Assembly: GCA_964428125.1 (NCBI GenBank)
Contig: CAYRXB010000009.1
Location: 10,006 to 74,005, forward strand
DNA: 64,000 nt
Reading direction: 5' to 3'
Origin: an uncultured Anaerolinea sp.
GTDB taxonomy: Bacteria > Chloroflexota > Anaerolineae > Anaerolineales > Anaerolineaceae
Each line of letters begins with the position of its first letter. The first letter of the stretch is position 1. The notes beneath the pieces were generated by a model. It searched no databases. It saw only the letters and a program-made list of their open reading frames with translations, and was not told the origin of the DNA. The translations under genes were made by a program, and so were the position numbers. Shown piece by piece: positions 17,051 through 25,564 of this stretch.

Positions 17051-17791
17051 ATGAATTTCATTGATGATGAAGAACTGGAAGCCCGCAGCAGGCGGCAAAG
17101 ACGCAAACAGAAGCGGGACCTTGTGTGGAATGTCCTCACCGGTTTGGCAGTACTGGCCACTGTCAGTCTGATCGCAGTGATGGCGCTGGTCTTCTCCAAC
17201 CCGAACATCGGGCTCAATCCATTCCCGCCGCCAACCATGCCGGTTCTTATCGACCTCTCGAAGACGAAAACCCCAACGGCAACAGCCACCATTTACACGC
17301 TGCCGCCGACCTGGACGCCGACTTCAGCACCGACCGAGACTCCTAAACCGCAGTCAGCCACTGAAACCCCGGCAGCCCCAACCTTTGCATCCACATTTGG
17401 CAGCGGGTTATACCCATTTGAACTGGAAAGCGACCCGATTGCCATGGCGAGCACGGTGTTCCACACCGATGGCAACTGCAGCTGGCAGGGCGTGGCGGGG
17501 CGGGTGGTGGATATGAACGGCAACCCGCAGCCGAACATCCGCGTGAGATTGCAGGGGATCTACGACGGCAAGACCGTCGACCTTTCCACGCTCACCGGGC
17601 TGGCTGCCGAGTGGTACGGCGATTCGGGATTCGAGTTCAAACTGGGCGACAAGGCGCTGGATTCCACCGCGCTGCTGGCGATCCAGCTTGAGGACCAGTC
17701 GTTAATGCCGATCTCTGACCAGGTGATCATCAACACCTACGCCGACTGCACCAAGAACCTGATCCTGGTGAACTTCAAACAGGTGCGTTAA
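17051..17791 (+). CDS. Membrane-anchored hypothetical protein (C-terminal carboxypeptidase-regulatory-like beta domain)
   Basis: 246 aa. Basic N-terminus, TM helix (VLTGLAVLATVSLIAVMALVF), Pro/Thr linker, then WQGVAGRVVDMNGNPQPNIRVRLQG. Confidence 0.6.
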   Translation: MNFIDDEELEARSRRQRRKQKRDLVWNVLTGLAVLATVSLIAVMALVFSNPNIGLNPFPPPTMPVLIDLSKTKTPTATATIYTLPPTWTPTSAPTETPKPQSATETPAAPTFASTFGSGLYPFELESDPIAMASTVFHTDGNCSWQGVAGRVVDMNGNPQPNIRVRLQGIYDGKTVDLSTLTGLAAEWYGDSGFEFKLGDKALDSTALLAIQLEDQSLMPISDQVIINTYADCTKNLILVNFKQVR

Positions 17792-17794
17792 CCC

Positions 17795-20035
17795 TCACAG
17801 GTTGAACATCGAAAGTTGAGTGGTTTCCTCGGGGCTGATCGGGTCTGAGTCGATCAGCAGCGTCCACAATTCGCGCGACAAGTCAGGGCGGACAGCGAGA
17901 TGCCGCATGGTGCGGAACTTGAGGAAATGCCAATTGCTGGAGGTGATCTCTGCCAGCAGGTCATTGGCATCGATCTTCCACTTGATCAAGCCGGCGCGGC
18001 TGCCCGGGAAGAGATACACATACTGGCAGTCTACCGGCATGGGCAGGCGGGCAAGCTCGTTCACCCGGGCGGAATCTGAGGTGAACAACCGGTAGGTTAC
18101 AGCGCCGGTTTTAGTGTCGATGAAGTCTGTTGGATTATCCCCGGTTACCTCGAAATTGAGTCTCTTCCCGGTCTCAAGCACAAGATTCTGAATATTCGCG
18201 ATATCCTGTGTGCGCTTTTGGGCATGATCGTGTCCGTTCAACTGCCAACTGCCGGTGGAGGTATCCATGCGCGCGTAGGAGGCGAGGATTGCTGAGACTA
18301 CTTCTGCGGGCGGGCTTAGAATGCCAGTGAACTGCTCACACAAAGCATCCATGAGGTCACCAAAGTCAACCACCGTGTGCTGCCGCAGATACTCAACCAC
18401 CTGCAGCTCGATGCGGTCAGTGATGGACGCAGGCAGCTCTTCCATCGGTGCCAGCCACCAGGTTCCGGTTTCGGGGTCGCTGCTGGCTGAACCCAGGTGG
18501 CGCAGGAATTTGGCATCCGCGAAGATGGTTTGGATCTCCCGGCTGAGCTGGGCGGGCAAATCGCCGCGGAGCTGGTCGCTATCTGATGGAAGACAGTGAG
18601 CACTGGCGAGCGCAGTCATTACCGCTGCATGCAGCAGTGTGTAGCGGCGCGGTTCTCCAGCGTCCATCAGGAGTTTGCGGATGGCGTCGCGGATGATGCG
18701 CTGGGTGTTGCTTTTGCCGGGTGAAAGTTTGCTGCCGGACGCCCACTTCACCTGGAACGGGGATGCCTCATCTGCGGCAGCTATTGCCGAAAGTGACCAG
18801 GAACTGGCACTGGCGGCATTGAAGACCGCATTGGTCAATCCGGTAAACGGTTCTGAAAGCAAAGTGACGATGGGGGCACGGCTTTTGAGGAGTTTGCTTG
18901 CTGGCGTGAAAGCAGCCTGCAACGCCGCACTGTACCACTGCCAATCAAAACGCCGCCGTTCCAAGATGCTGAGAAAACCAGCTGCGCTTTCCTTGCCCCA
19001 CAGCCAGGTGCTCCACACGGCTGATAAGGTCCAGAATGCCGCATAAGGGCGCGGGATCACGCTGCAGAGAGCATCAGGTTGGAACGCGGCGAAACCCTGG
19101 GCAAGGTCGCGCATCCTGCCGCGATGCAGGCTTACCCCGGGACCTTCAGGTACTTGCGGCCACAGGGAAAAGAGAACTGGCTTTGCGGCGTTGACCCACC
19201 CGGTGATCGAATTCTCCATCACCTGCCACAGGTTCCTCTCAACATAGACTTCGGGCTGAGCCAGCGTGCGCGGGGGTTCTTCGGATTCAGGCCACGGGTT
19301 GAGAGAATGACCCGCATCCAACACCGATAGGAGGAGGGCATCCAGCACCTCTTCCTGGGAGTGGGTTAACTTTAGACCTTCCATTTTATTGAGAATTGTA
19401 AAGATGAAGTAGAGTGCCCGCGGCAGATACAGGTTGAGGACCTCATTGACCAGTTTGGCGTTATCTTCGCTGCCGGTTGCGGCACGCGCGAATGCCCGCG
19501 AACGGTGCATTGGATAGGAACGCTGGGCGGCAACCAGCCTTTCGTAATCTTCGGCTGTTGCTGCAGATTGCCCGACTTCACCGCAGCCGGGGCACTGATA
19601 GGCACGGGCAAACGGGGCAGATTCTCCGCGGCGGTAGAGGAAGTAATCCGCCTGTACCATTTGCCGGCACTTGCTGCAGCGCGTGAGGTAAAGTGATTTG
19701 AGGTGGTCTTCCAGGCGTTCATCCGCACGGCGGAGAATGGAAAGTTCCGCCATCACAGAGAGAAAATCTTCATCAGCGAGATTTCGCGACAGGAATGCAG
19801 TTAGGAAAGCAAGGATAGGATTACTACAGTTTACGATGACACGGCATGATTTCCCCAATTCGAGGATCGATCTTGGAGAAGCTCCAATGGGATCCAATAC
19901 CATTGAGGCGGAAGTGCTTGCCATGAGTTTTGAAACCATGCCCGGGTAATAAGGGGGTAAATAGCGCGATAAAGGAAAGATTTCCTCATCAAGGGATGCA
20001 TAGGAATAGCGCAATGCTTGGGCTTCACTCATCAT
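17795..20035 (-). CDS. Large hypothetical protein; degraded Zn-ribbon DNA-methyltransferase-like N-terminal half (inference)
   Basis: 746 aa, long uninterrupted ORF with core-like composition. Contains VLDPIGASPRSILELGKSCRVIVNCSNP (motif I-like, aa 46-73), CSKC...CPGC (aa 120-151) and DALCSVIPRPYAAFWTLSAVWSTWLW (aa 321-346). No confident family assignment. Confidence 0.6.
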   Translation of the reverse strand: MMSEAQALRYSYASLDEEIFPLSRYLPPYYPGMVSKLMASTSASMVLDPIGASPRSILELGKSCRVIVNCSNPILAFLTAFLSRNLADEDFLSVMAELSILRRADERLEDHLKSLYLTRCSKCRQMVQADYFLYRRGESAPFARAYQCPGCGEVGQSAATAEDYERLVAAQRSYPMHRSRAFARAATGSEDNAKLVNEVLNLYLPRALYFIFTILNKMEGLKLTHSQEEVLDALLLSVLDAGHSLNPWPESEEPPRTLAQPEVYVERNLWQVMENSITGWVNAAKPVLFSLWPQVPEGPGVSLHRGRMRDLAQGFAAFQPDALCSVIPRPYAAFWTLSAVWSTWLWGKESAAGFLSILERRRFDWQWYSAALQAAFTPASKLLKSRAPIVTLLSEPFTGLTNAVFNAASASSWSLSAIAAADEASPFQVKWASGSKLSPGKSNTQRIIRDAIRKLLMDAGEPRRYTLLHAAVMTALASAHCLPSDSDQLRGDLPAQLSREIQTIFADAKFLRHLGSASSDPETGTWWLAPMEELPASITDRIELQVVEYLRQHTVVDFGDLMDALCEQFTGILSPPAEVVSAILASYARMDTSTGSWQLNGHDHAQKRTQDIANIQNLVLETGKRLNFEVTGDNPTDFIDTKTGAVTYRLFTSDSARVNELARLPMPVDCQYVYLFPGSRAGLIKWKIDANDLLAEITSSNWHFLKFRTMRHLAVRPDLSRELWTLLIDSDPISPEETTQLSMFNL

Positions 20036-20125
20036 TAATATAATAGCGGAGATTGCCCGGTTTTACACCACTGGATTTTTGGTATGCTCAACCAAATTGG
20101 GATTGGTTGAAATTAGAACTTTAGA

Positions 20126-21025
20126 TCATTGGGTATGCTTGCGGTTGTAATAATCCCCAATGAGCACGAAACTCATGGAGAGAAGAAGCAGGCTGAGTGC
20201 AGGGATGAAAATCAGCATTGGGTTGCGGGTAAGTGTGGATCTGCCGGTGTAAAACAATCCGCCCCAACTAACCACTGTAAAATCGTTCTCAGAAACTGAG
20301 GTCGAGAGATTTACTCCGATGTACCCAAGCACAGCTTCCATCAGGATGATGGCAGGAATGTTGTTGATTACCCAAACCAATACTAGGTGGGCGATGTTGG
20401 GGAAAAGGTGCCGGGTGATGATGCGCAGATTGGTTGCGCCCAGTGAGACTGCAGCTTCAAAGAACAACATTGATTTTAGACGCAGTACTTCCGCGCGGAT
20501 CATGCGCGCCAGGCTGACCCAACTGATCACAGAGTATCCAGTGACAAGAACCAGCACCCCCGAAAACCAGGTAGGGGGCAGCAATTTCCGCAGGATCAGG
20601 ATAACTGCCACAGTGAACATGATGCCGGGCAATGACTGGAGAATGTCCATAATAACAACCAAAATCGCGTCCAGTTTTCGGTTATAGAATCCGCTCAGTA
20701 TCCCTACGAGGGTGCCAAGCAGGGCAGTGAATGGGATGGATAGAACAATCAAAACCATGGCAGTGCGAACACCATACAGGTAGCGACTTAAGATATCGCG
20801 TCCGAGCATGTCAGTCCCCAAAGGATGTTCAACCGTGCCGGAAATGTACGCGTTGTGAACCCACATCGGCGGCAAGTCGGCGTTCTTAAAACCGCGCTCA
20901 TCAGGGTCGTTCGTAGACAGAATAGGCGCAAAGATTGCCAGGACACAGAAGAACGCAATCACAAATAATGCAAAGATCACTGATTTTGGCAGATTTTTGC
21001 GGCGAGAAGGTAGTGAGGTGTTCAT
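20126..21025 (-). CDS. ABC transporter permease (DppC/OppC type)
   Basis: 299 aa, about 6 TM helices, binding-protein-dependent transport signature region (LSIPFTALLGTLVGILSGFY...). Its ATG overlaps the upstream stop (ATGA at 21022-21025). Confidence 0.85.
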   Translation of the reverse strand: MNTSLPSRRKNLPKSVIFALFVIAFFCVLAIFAPILSTNDPDERGFKNADLPPMWVHNAYISGTVEHPLGTDMLGRDILSRYLYGVRTAMVLIVLSIPFTALLGTLVGILSGFYNRKLDAILVVIMDILQSLPGIMFTVAVILILRKLLPPTWFSGVLVLVTGYSVISWVSLARMIRAEVLRLKSMLFFEAAVSLGATNLRIITRHLFPNIAHLVLVWVINNIPAIILMEAVLGYIGVNLSTSVSENDFTVVSWGGLFYTGRSTLTRNPMLIFIPALSLLLLSMSFVLIGDYYNRKHTQ

Positions 21026-22050
21026 GGATTTACCTGCTCTTTTTGCTCCTTGAGGCGCGGATCAAGCAATTCACTGGCGATCTCGATGATCAAATTGACA
21101 ATAGTGATCCCTGTGGCGTAGAACAAGGTCAATCCGAGGATCATCGGATAATCCAGTCTTAGGACTGCCCGCCAGTATTCCCTGCCGAAACCAGGAAAAG
21201 AAAAAAGGCTTTCCACTATAAACAAGCCGCCAAACAACTCGACCAGGGTAGGACCCAGGTAGGCGATGAATGGTACAAGCGCATTACGCATGATGTGAAC
21301 AAGGGTGACTTGCCGCTCTGGGAGACCTTTTGCGCGGGCTGTTCGTACATAATCCATGTTCTGCGTGTTGACGAGTGTAGTCTGCATTACCCTGGCGACG
21401 TTCGCCATAGGCATGGCTGCCAGTACAAAAGCGGGGATAAGCCAATCTTCAAAGTAATCCCAATTGGGGATTACCTTGGCAATGTGCAGCCAGGATGCAA
21501 AAATCACCACAGCCAACAGACCAAGGACGAAATTTGGAATGGAGACCAGCCCGGCCAGGAATATCGACTGAATACGGTTGTAGGGCTTGAGGTAGTTTTT
21601 TGCGCCAGCAATCCCCAGGGGCACTCCTAGGAAAACAGCAATAATCGAACTGAACAGCACCAGGCGGATGGAAAAGCCAAACTGGCTTTCCCAAAAAGTT
21701 TTGCCAACCGGTGGGGTGAAGAGGATATCCGCAATAGGCCGCCCGCGCTGCGAGATGGAGGGTCCTAGGTTCCCGCAGATGATGCCGCAAACAAACTTAC
21801 CATCGATCTTATCGCCAATGAGGTAGCGGGTGATTTGATGCCATATCGGCAGGTCGAGGCCAAAGCGCCGGTTGATCTCCTTGAGTACATAATCATCCAC
21901 AAAATAATTGGACAGGGCTCGCTGCGCATTGCTTACATAATTGTTTAAGGGATTACCCGGGATAGCGTAAAGAAGCAGGTACATCACCAGGACAACTCCC
22001 AGCAGAATACCGATCACGCGCAAGATTTTTTTAAGTATGTATTGGAACAT
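21022..22050 (-). CDS. ABC transporter permease (DppB/OppB type)
   Basis: 342 aa. Starts MFQYILKKILRVIGILLGVVLVMYLLLYAIPGNP. EAA-loop region YVRTARAKGLPERQVTLVHIMRNALVP. Confidence 0.88.
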   Translation of the reverse strand: MFQYILKKILRVIGILLGVVLVMYLLLYAIPGNPLNNYVSNAQRALSNYFVDDYVLKEINRRFGLDLPIWHQITRYLIGDKIDGKFVCGIICGNLGPSISQRGRPIADILFTPPVGKTFWESQFGFSIRLVLFSSIIAVFLGVPLGIAGAKNYLKPYNRIQSIFLAGLVSIPNFVLGLLAVVIFASWLHIAKVIPNWDYFEDWLIPAFVLAAMPMANVARVMQTTLVNTQNMDYVRTARAKGLPERQVTLVHIMRNALVPFIAYLGPTLVELFGGLFIVESLFSFPGFGREYWRAVLRLDYPMILGLTLFYATGITIVNLIIEIASELLDPRLKEQKEQVNP

Positions 22051-22197
22051 CCGAATTCCTAATCAAGCCCTGCTCGAGTGGACTTTGACCGAGTTGATCT
22101 TTCAAAAAGATGATGAATTAACAGAGTATGACTGGAATAGGTTAATTGAGGATTAATAGAAATTAATCCTGGGTGTTAAATTGAGGAAAATTAGGAC

Positions 22198-22446
22198 TTA
22201 TTTGGATTTGGAATCCAAAATCAACACGCGTGGTTGTGTGTGATTGGAATTGCAATAGCCAGAGACAGGGCAACCTACACAGGTGCCATCGTGGCATTCC
22301 TGCGTAATTGCCCGTAAATAGCCCATCCTTTCAAGCGTGGATAGCATAGCTTCGACCATCTCTGGGGAGGTATTCAAGCGCTTCGCGAGGGAAACAGGAG
22401 AGGTGGTATCGCCTTTTTTGATTTCGTCCAGTAGTTGTTCAAGCAT
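22198..22446 (-). CDS. feoC: FeoC-like winged-helix protein
   Basis: 82 aa from ATG 22446: MLEQLLDEIKKGDTTSPVSLAKRLNTSPEMVEAMLSTLERMGYL plus a Cys cluster (CHDGTCVGCPVSGYC). The start lies 2 nt after the feoB stop. The longer track ORF (to 22584) overlaps feoB and is rejected. Confidence 0.75.
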   Translation of the reverse strand: MLEQLLDEIKKGDTTSPVSLAKRLNTSPEMVEAMLSTLERMGYLRAITQECHDGTCVGCPVSGYCNSNHTQPRVLILDSKSK

Positions 22447-22448
22447 CG

Positions 22449-24482
22449 CTACATCACCAGACTTGCCACATGAAAAACAATGGTGGCTGCGGAGACCGAT
22501 ATGAACAGCATCATCCCAATATTCAGGAAGGTCCATTTCCAGGAGCCGGTTTCCTGGCGGATGACGGCAACGGTGGCGGCACACGGGATAAAGAGGATCG
22601 ATACCGTTAGGAATGCGAGAGCAGTGGCAGGGGAGTAGGCTGCAGAAAGCAATTGCGTCAACCCGCTGCCTGGTGCATTGCCAAATAACACGCCAAGTGT
22701 TGCGATAGCATTTTCCTTGGCGAAGAAGCTGGTCAGCAATGCGACCGTCAAGCGCCAGTCCAAACCCATGAGGCGGCCGGCAGGTTCGATCAGACGGCCG
22801 AATTGCGTGAGCAGGCTGTTATGCGGATTACCGTTTGGCAGGTAACCCAGCAGCCAGATGACCAACGCCAACCCCAGGATTGTGGTTCCTGCTTTCTTGA
22901 GGAAAGACCATGATCTTTGCCAGACGAGCAATCCAATGGTCCGCCAGTTGGGGATGTGGTAAAGCGGCATTTCCATGATGAATGCAGAGCGTTCCCCCTT
23001 GAAAAGCACGCGGTTGAGAATGATGCCAAGTAGGATGAGGAAAACAATGCTCATTGCCACCAGACCCCACACTACAAAGACGGCGTTTTTCCCGAAGAAG
23101 ATTGGTGCGAGGAATGCCACCACCGCCATGCGCGCGGTGCAGGGGACCAACGGGACAAGCAAGATGGTCAACAGGCGTGATTTCCATGAGTCGATGGTGC
23201 GGGTACCGATGATGGCTGGAACGTTGCAGCCAAAGCCAAGAAACAAGGGGAGGAAGGATTTGCCATGCAATCCCATCCAATGCATGAAATTGTCCATCAC
23301 AAAGGCGGCACGTGCCATGTAGCCAACATCTTCCAAAAACCCAAAACAGGCAAAAAAGATCACCAGGATGGGCAGGAATGTGAGAACAGAGCCAACACCA
23401 CCGATCAACCCTTCAACGATCAATCCCTGCAGCCAAGCAGGTGCTGTGACGAGTGCACCCGCAGCGAAATGACCCAGCGGAGAGATGAGGTAGTTTTCCA
23501 TCAAGTTCTGCAGGGGGGAACCGAGTGTGAAGGTGAGCCAGAAGACGAAACCCAACACCAGGCCCAGGAGCAGCAATCCGCCGATCGGATGCGCAGCAAA
23601 GCGGTCAAGGCGGTCGGTGAGGCTGATTTGCCCTCCTTTAGGGCGGAATAAGGCAGCGCGGGTCATGCGCCCGATCCATTCGTAGCGTCCACTCGCGATT
23701 GCCAGCTGCGCATCATCATGCGCGCGCAGATGCTCATGGATCCCTTCCCACTCATCCGCTGGAAGTTTACTTCTAACCAGGCTGGTGATTTCTGTATCCC
23801 CTTCCAGTAGTTTTAGGGCGACCCAATCCCGTGGATAAGGATCAAGTGCGATGGATTGAATATGCCCGGCAACTTCATCGAGCACCTGTTGATGATCAGC
23901 GCGGATAACGGGTTTGGTGACATGGTCGGATACACCCGCATTGAGAGCTCCGGCGATTGCCTGGAGTAAAGGTTCAGTATTTTGCACATGGGTGGCGGTG
24001 AAGCTGATCACAGGTACCCCAAGCGCTGCCTGCAGTACGTTGGGTTCAATGCGGTAACCTTCCTGCTGCGCTACATCCATCATGTTAAGAACCACCAGTA
24101 ATGGAACAGCAAGGCTGACAAGTTCTGCAACCAGATATAAGGAGCGTTCCAGGCTGGCGGCATTGACCAGCGCTACGACCAGGTCTGGATGCTGCGTGAC
24201 GATAAATTCACGGGTGATGAGTTCTTCAGCTGAATTCGCACTCAGGCTGTAGGTGCCCGGCAAGTCCACCAGGGTGTATTTTTTACCCTGAAAGGTGAAG
24301 CGACCTTCCTTGCGTTCAACAGTTTTGCCAGGCCAGTTGCCAACGTGCTGGTTTAACCCGGTGAGCAGGTTGAAAACAGTGGATTTACCGACATTGGGCT
24401 GCCCTACCAGGGCGATCAACGGGCTGCCGAAAGTGCGAGAAGCGTCAGGTGGAGCACTCTGGGTGTCATGACAATCGCTCAT
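22449..24482 (-). CDS. feoB: Ferrous iron transporter FeoB
   Basis: 677 aa. N-terminal G-domain (GQPNVGKSTVFN, DLPGTYSL), then a polytopic membrane domain. Confidence 0.95.
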   Translation of the reverse strand: MSDCHDTQSAPPDASRTFGSPLIALVGQPNVGKSTVFNLLTGLNQHVGNWPGKTVERKEGRFTFQGKKYTLVDLPGTYSLSANSAEELITREFIVTQHPDLVVALVNAASLERSLYLVAELVSLAVPLLVVLNMMDVAQQEGYRIEPNVLQAALGVPVISFTATHVQNTEPLLQAIAGALNAGVSDHVTKPVIRADHQQVLDEVAGHIQSIALDPYPRDWVALKLLEGDTEITSLVRSKLPADEWEGIHEHLRAHDDAQLAIASGRYEWIGRMTRAALFRPKGGQISLTDRLDRFAAHPIGGLLLLGLVLGFVFWLTFTLGSPLQNLMENYLISPLGHFAAGALVTAPAWLQGLIVEGLIGGVGSVLTFLPILVIFFACFGFLEDVGYMARAAFVMDNFMHWMGLHGKSFLPLFLGFGCNVPAIIGTRTIDSWKSRLLTILLVPLVPCTARMAVVAFLAPIFFGKNAVFVVWGLVAMSIVFLILLGIILNRVLFKGERSAFIMEMPLYHIPNWRTIGLLVWQRSWSFLKKAGTTILGLALVIWLLGYLPNGNPHNSLLTQFGRLIEPAGRLMGLDWRLTVALLTSFFAKENAIATLGVLFGNAPGSGLTQLLSAAYSPATALAFLTVSILFIPCAATVAVIRQETGSWKWTFLNIGMMLFISVSAATIVFHVASLVM

Positions 24483-24772
24483 TAAACTTCCTCGCAGGGT
24501 TCAACCTGCAGCTTTTCGGCTTCTCCGCGACCAAGTGCGACTTTGGTGCCGCGGACATTGATAATCAATGGTCCATGACCATGGTTTTGAAGCACCTGCA
24601 CCTTGACCCCGGGTGTCAGTCCCAGCGAGGTTAAGCGGCTGGTTAATTCCTGACCAACTTGAATATGGGTGAGTGTGACTTGTTGACCCTTCGTAATTTC
24701 AGAAAGACTCAAAATGGCTTGATGATGAGGATGAAAATGATGAGGATGGTGGTTGTGAAGGGGTTTATTCAT
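24482..24772 (-). CDS. feoA: FeoA with His-rich N-terminal tail
   Basis: FeoA SH3-like domain (LSEITKGQQVTLTHIQVGQELTSRLTSLGLTPGVKVQVLQ...VRGTKVALGRGEAEKLQV). The track start 24835 is TTG and would cover the operator palindrome. ATG 24772 is preceded by GAGG and is preferred. The stop overlaps the feoB ATG by 1 nt. Confidence 0.85.
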   Translation of the reverse strand: MNKPLHNHHPHHFHPHHQAILSLSEITKGQQVTLTHIQVGQELTSRLTSLGLTPGVKVQVLQNHGHGPLIINVRGTKVALGRGEAEKLQVEPCEEV

Positions 24773-24810
24773 TATTGAATAACCTCGCTGGTTGGTAAAT
24801 TTTCGATTAT

Positions 24811-24828
24811 GATTAGTATATGCTAATC
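24811..24828. promoter_or_regulatory. Candidate metalloregulator operator in the feoA / dtxR-family divergent region
   Basis: The 18-bp inverted repeat GATTAG-TATATG-CTAATC has perfect 6-bp arms. A second related half-site, AATTAGTATACC, lies at 24834-24845, next to a TATAAT box (24855-24860). Confidence 0.5.
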
Positions 24829-24895
24829 CTTTCAATTAGTATACCTTATGAGGGTATAATTTGCAAAGGAAGAATGGTCGAGAAGCAGGTTACAA

Positions 24896-25552
24896 ATGTC
24901 TGAAAAAATCAGTGCCACAATTGAGGATTACTTGAGCCTTCTCTATCTTTCCGAGCGGGATGGCGAGCCGGTGACAGGTGTGAAATTGGCTGGATCGCTG
25001 GGGGTTTCTACCCCCACGGTGACCAACACCCTCAAGCGTATGAAACGCGACGGCTTGATTGAAATGGATGATGAACACCAGCCCAGGTTAACTGCCGCTG
25101 GGATGGATTCAGCACGCACAGTACTAAGGCGCCACATGCTGGCAGAATGGCTGCTGGTACGCCTGGTGTCGTGGGCAAAAGTTCATGATGAAGCGCACGG
25201 TTTTGAGCATACAATCTCTGAAGAAGTGGAAGATGCTTTGATGGCGGAACTGGACCAGCCGGAAACCTGCCCACACGGCAACCCGCTACCGGGATTTGAA
25301 TCTACTACAGCTGCTTGGATCCCGTTAACCCAGGTGAAAACAGGGGAAGAAGTGATCGTGCGCCGTGTCCACGAACTGGCAGAGGAGATCCCCGGGCTGC
25401 TGAAATTCCTTGAGGAAAACGGTATCAAACCCGGTCAGTTGGTGAAGGTGAGCGAAGAATTGCCATTTAATCAGACAATCACTTTGCTGGTTGAAGGAAA
25501 ACCGGTAACGTTGGGTTTCCCGATCGCCAGGAAAATATTTGTAGAGCATTAG
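24896..25552 (+). CDS. DtxR/IdeR/MntR-family metal-dependent transcriptional regulator
   Basis: 218 aa. N-terminal wHTH (IEDYLSLLYLSERDGEPVTGVKLAGSLGVSTPTVTNTLKRMKRDGLI); dimerisation/metal-site region (RRHMLAEWLL...HDEAHGFEH...CPHGNP); C-terminal FeoA/SH3-like domain. Confidence 0.9.
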   Translation: MSEKISATIEDYLSLLYLSERDGEPVTGVKLAGSLGVSTPTVTNTLKRMKRDGLIEMDDEHQPRLTAAGMDSARTVLRRHMLAEWLLVRLVSWAKVHDEAHGFEHTISEEVEDALMAELDQPETCPHGNPLPGFESTTAAWIPLTQVKTGEEVIVRRVHELAEEIPGLLKFLEENGIKPGQLVKVSEELPFNQTITLLVEGKPVTLGFPIARKIFVEH

Positions 25553-25564
25553 GAAGGATGTGCC

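Noticed and set aside
22198-22584. 128-aa version of the FeoC ORF
   Set aside because: The N-terminal 46 codons overlap the end of feoB in another frame. The FeoC-like domain starts at ATG 22446, right after the feoB stop.
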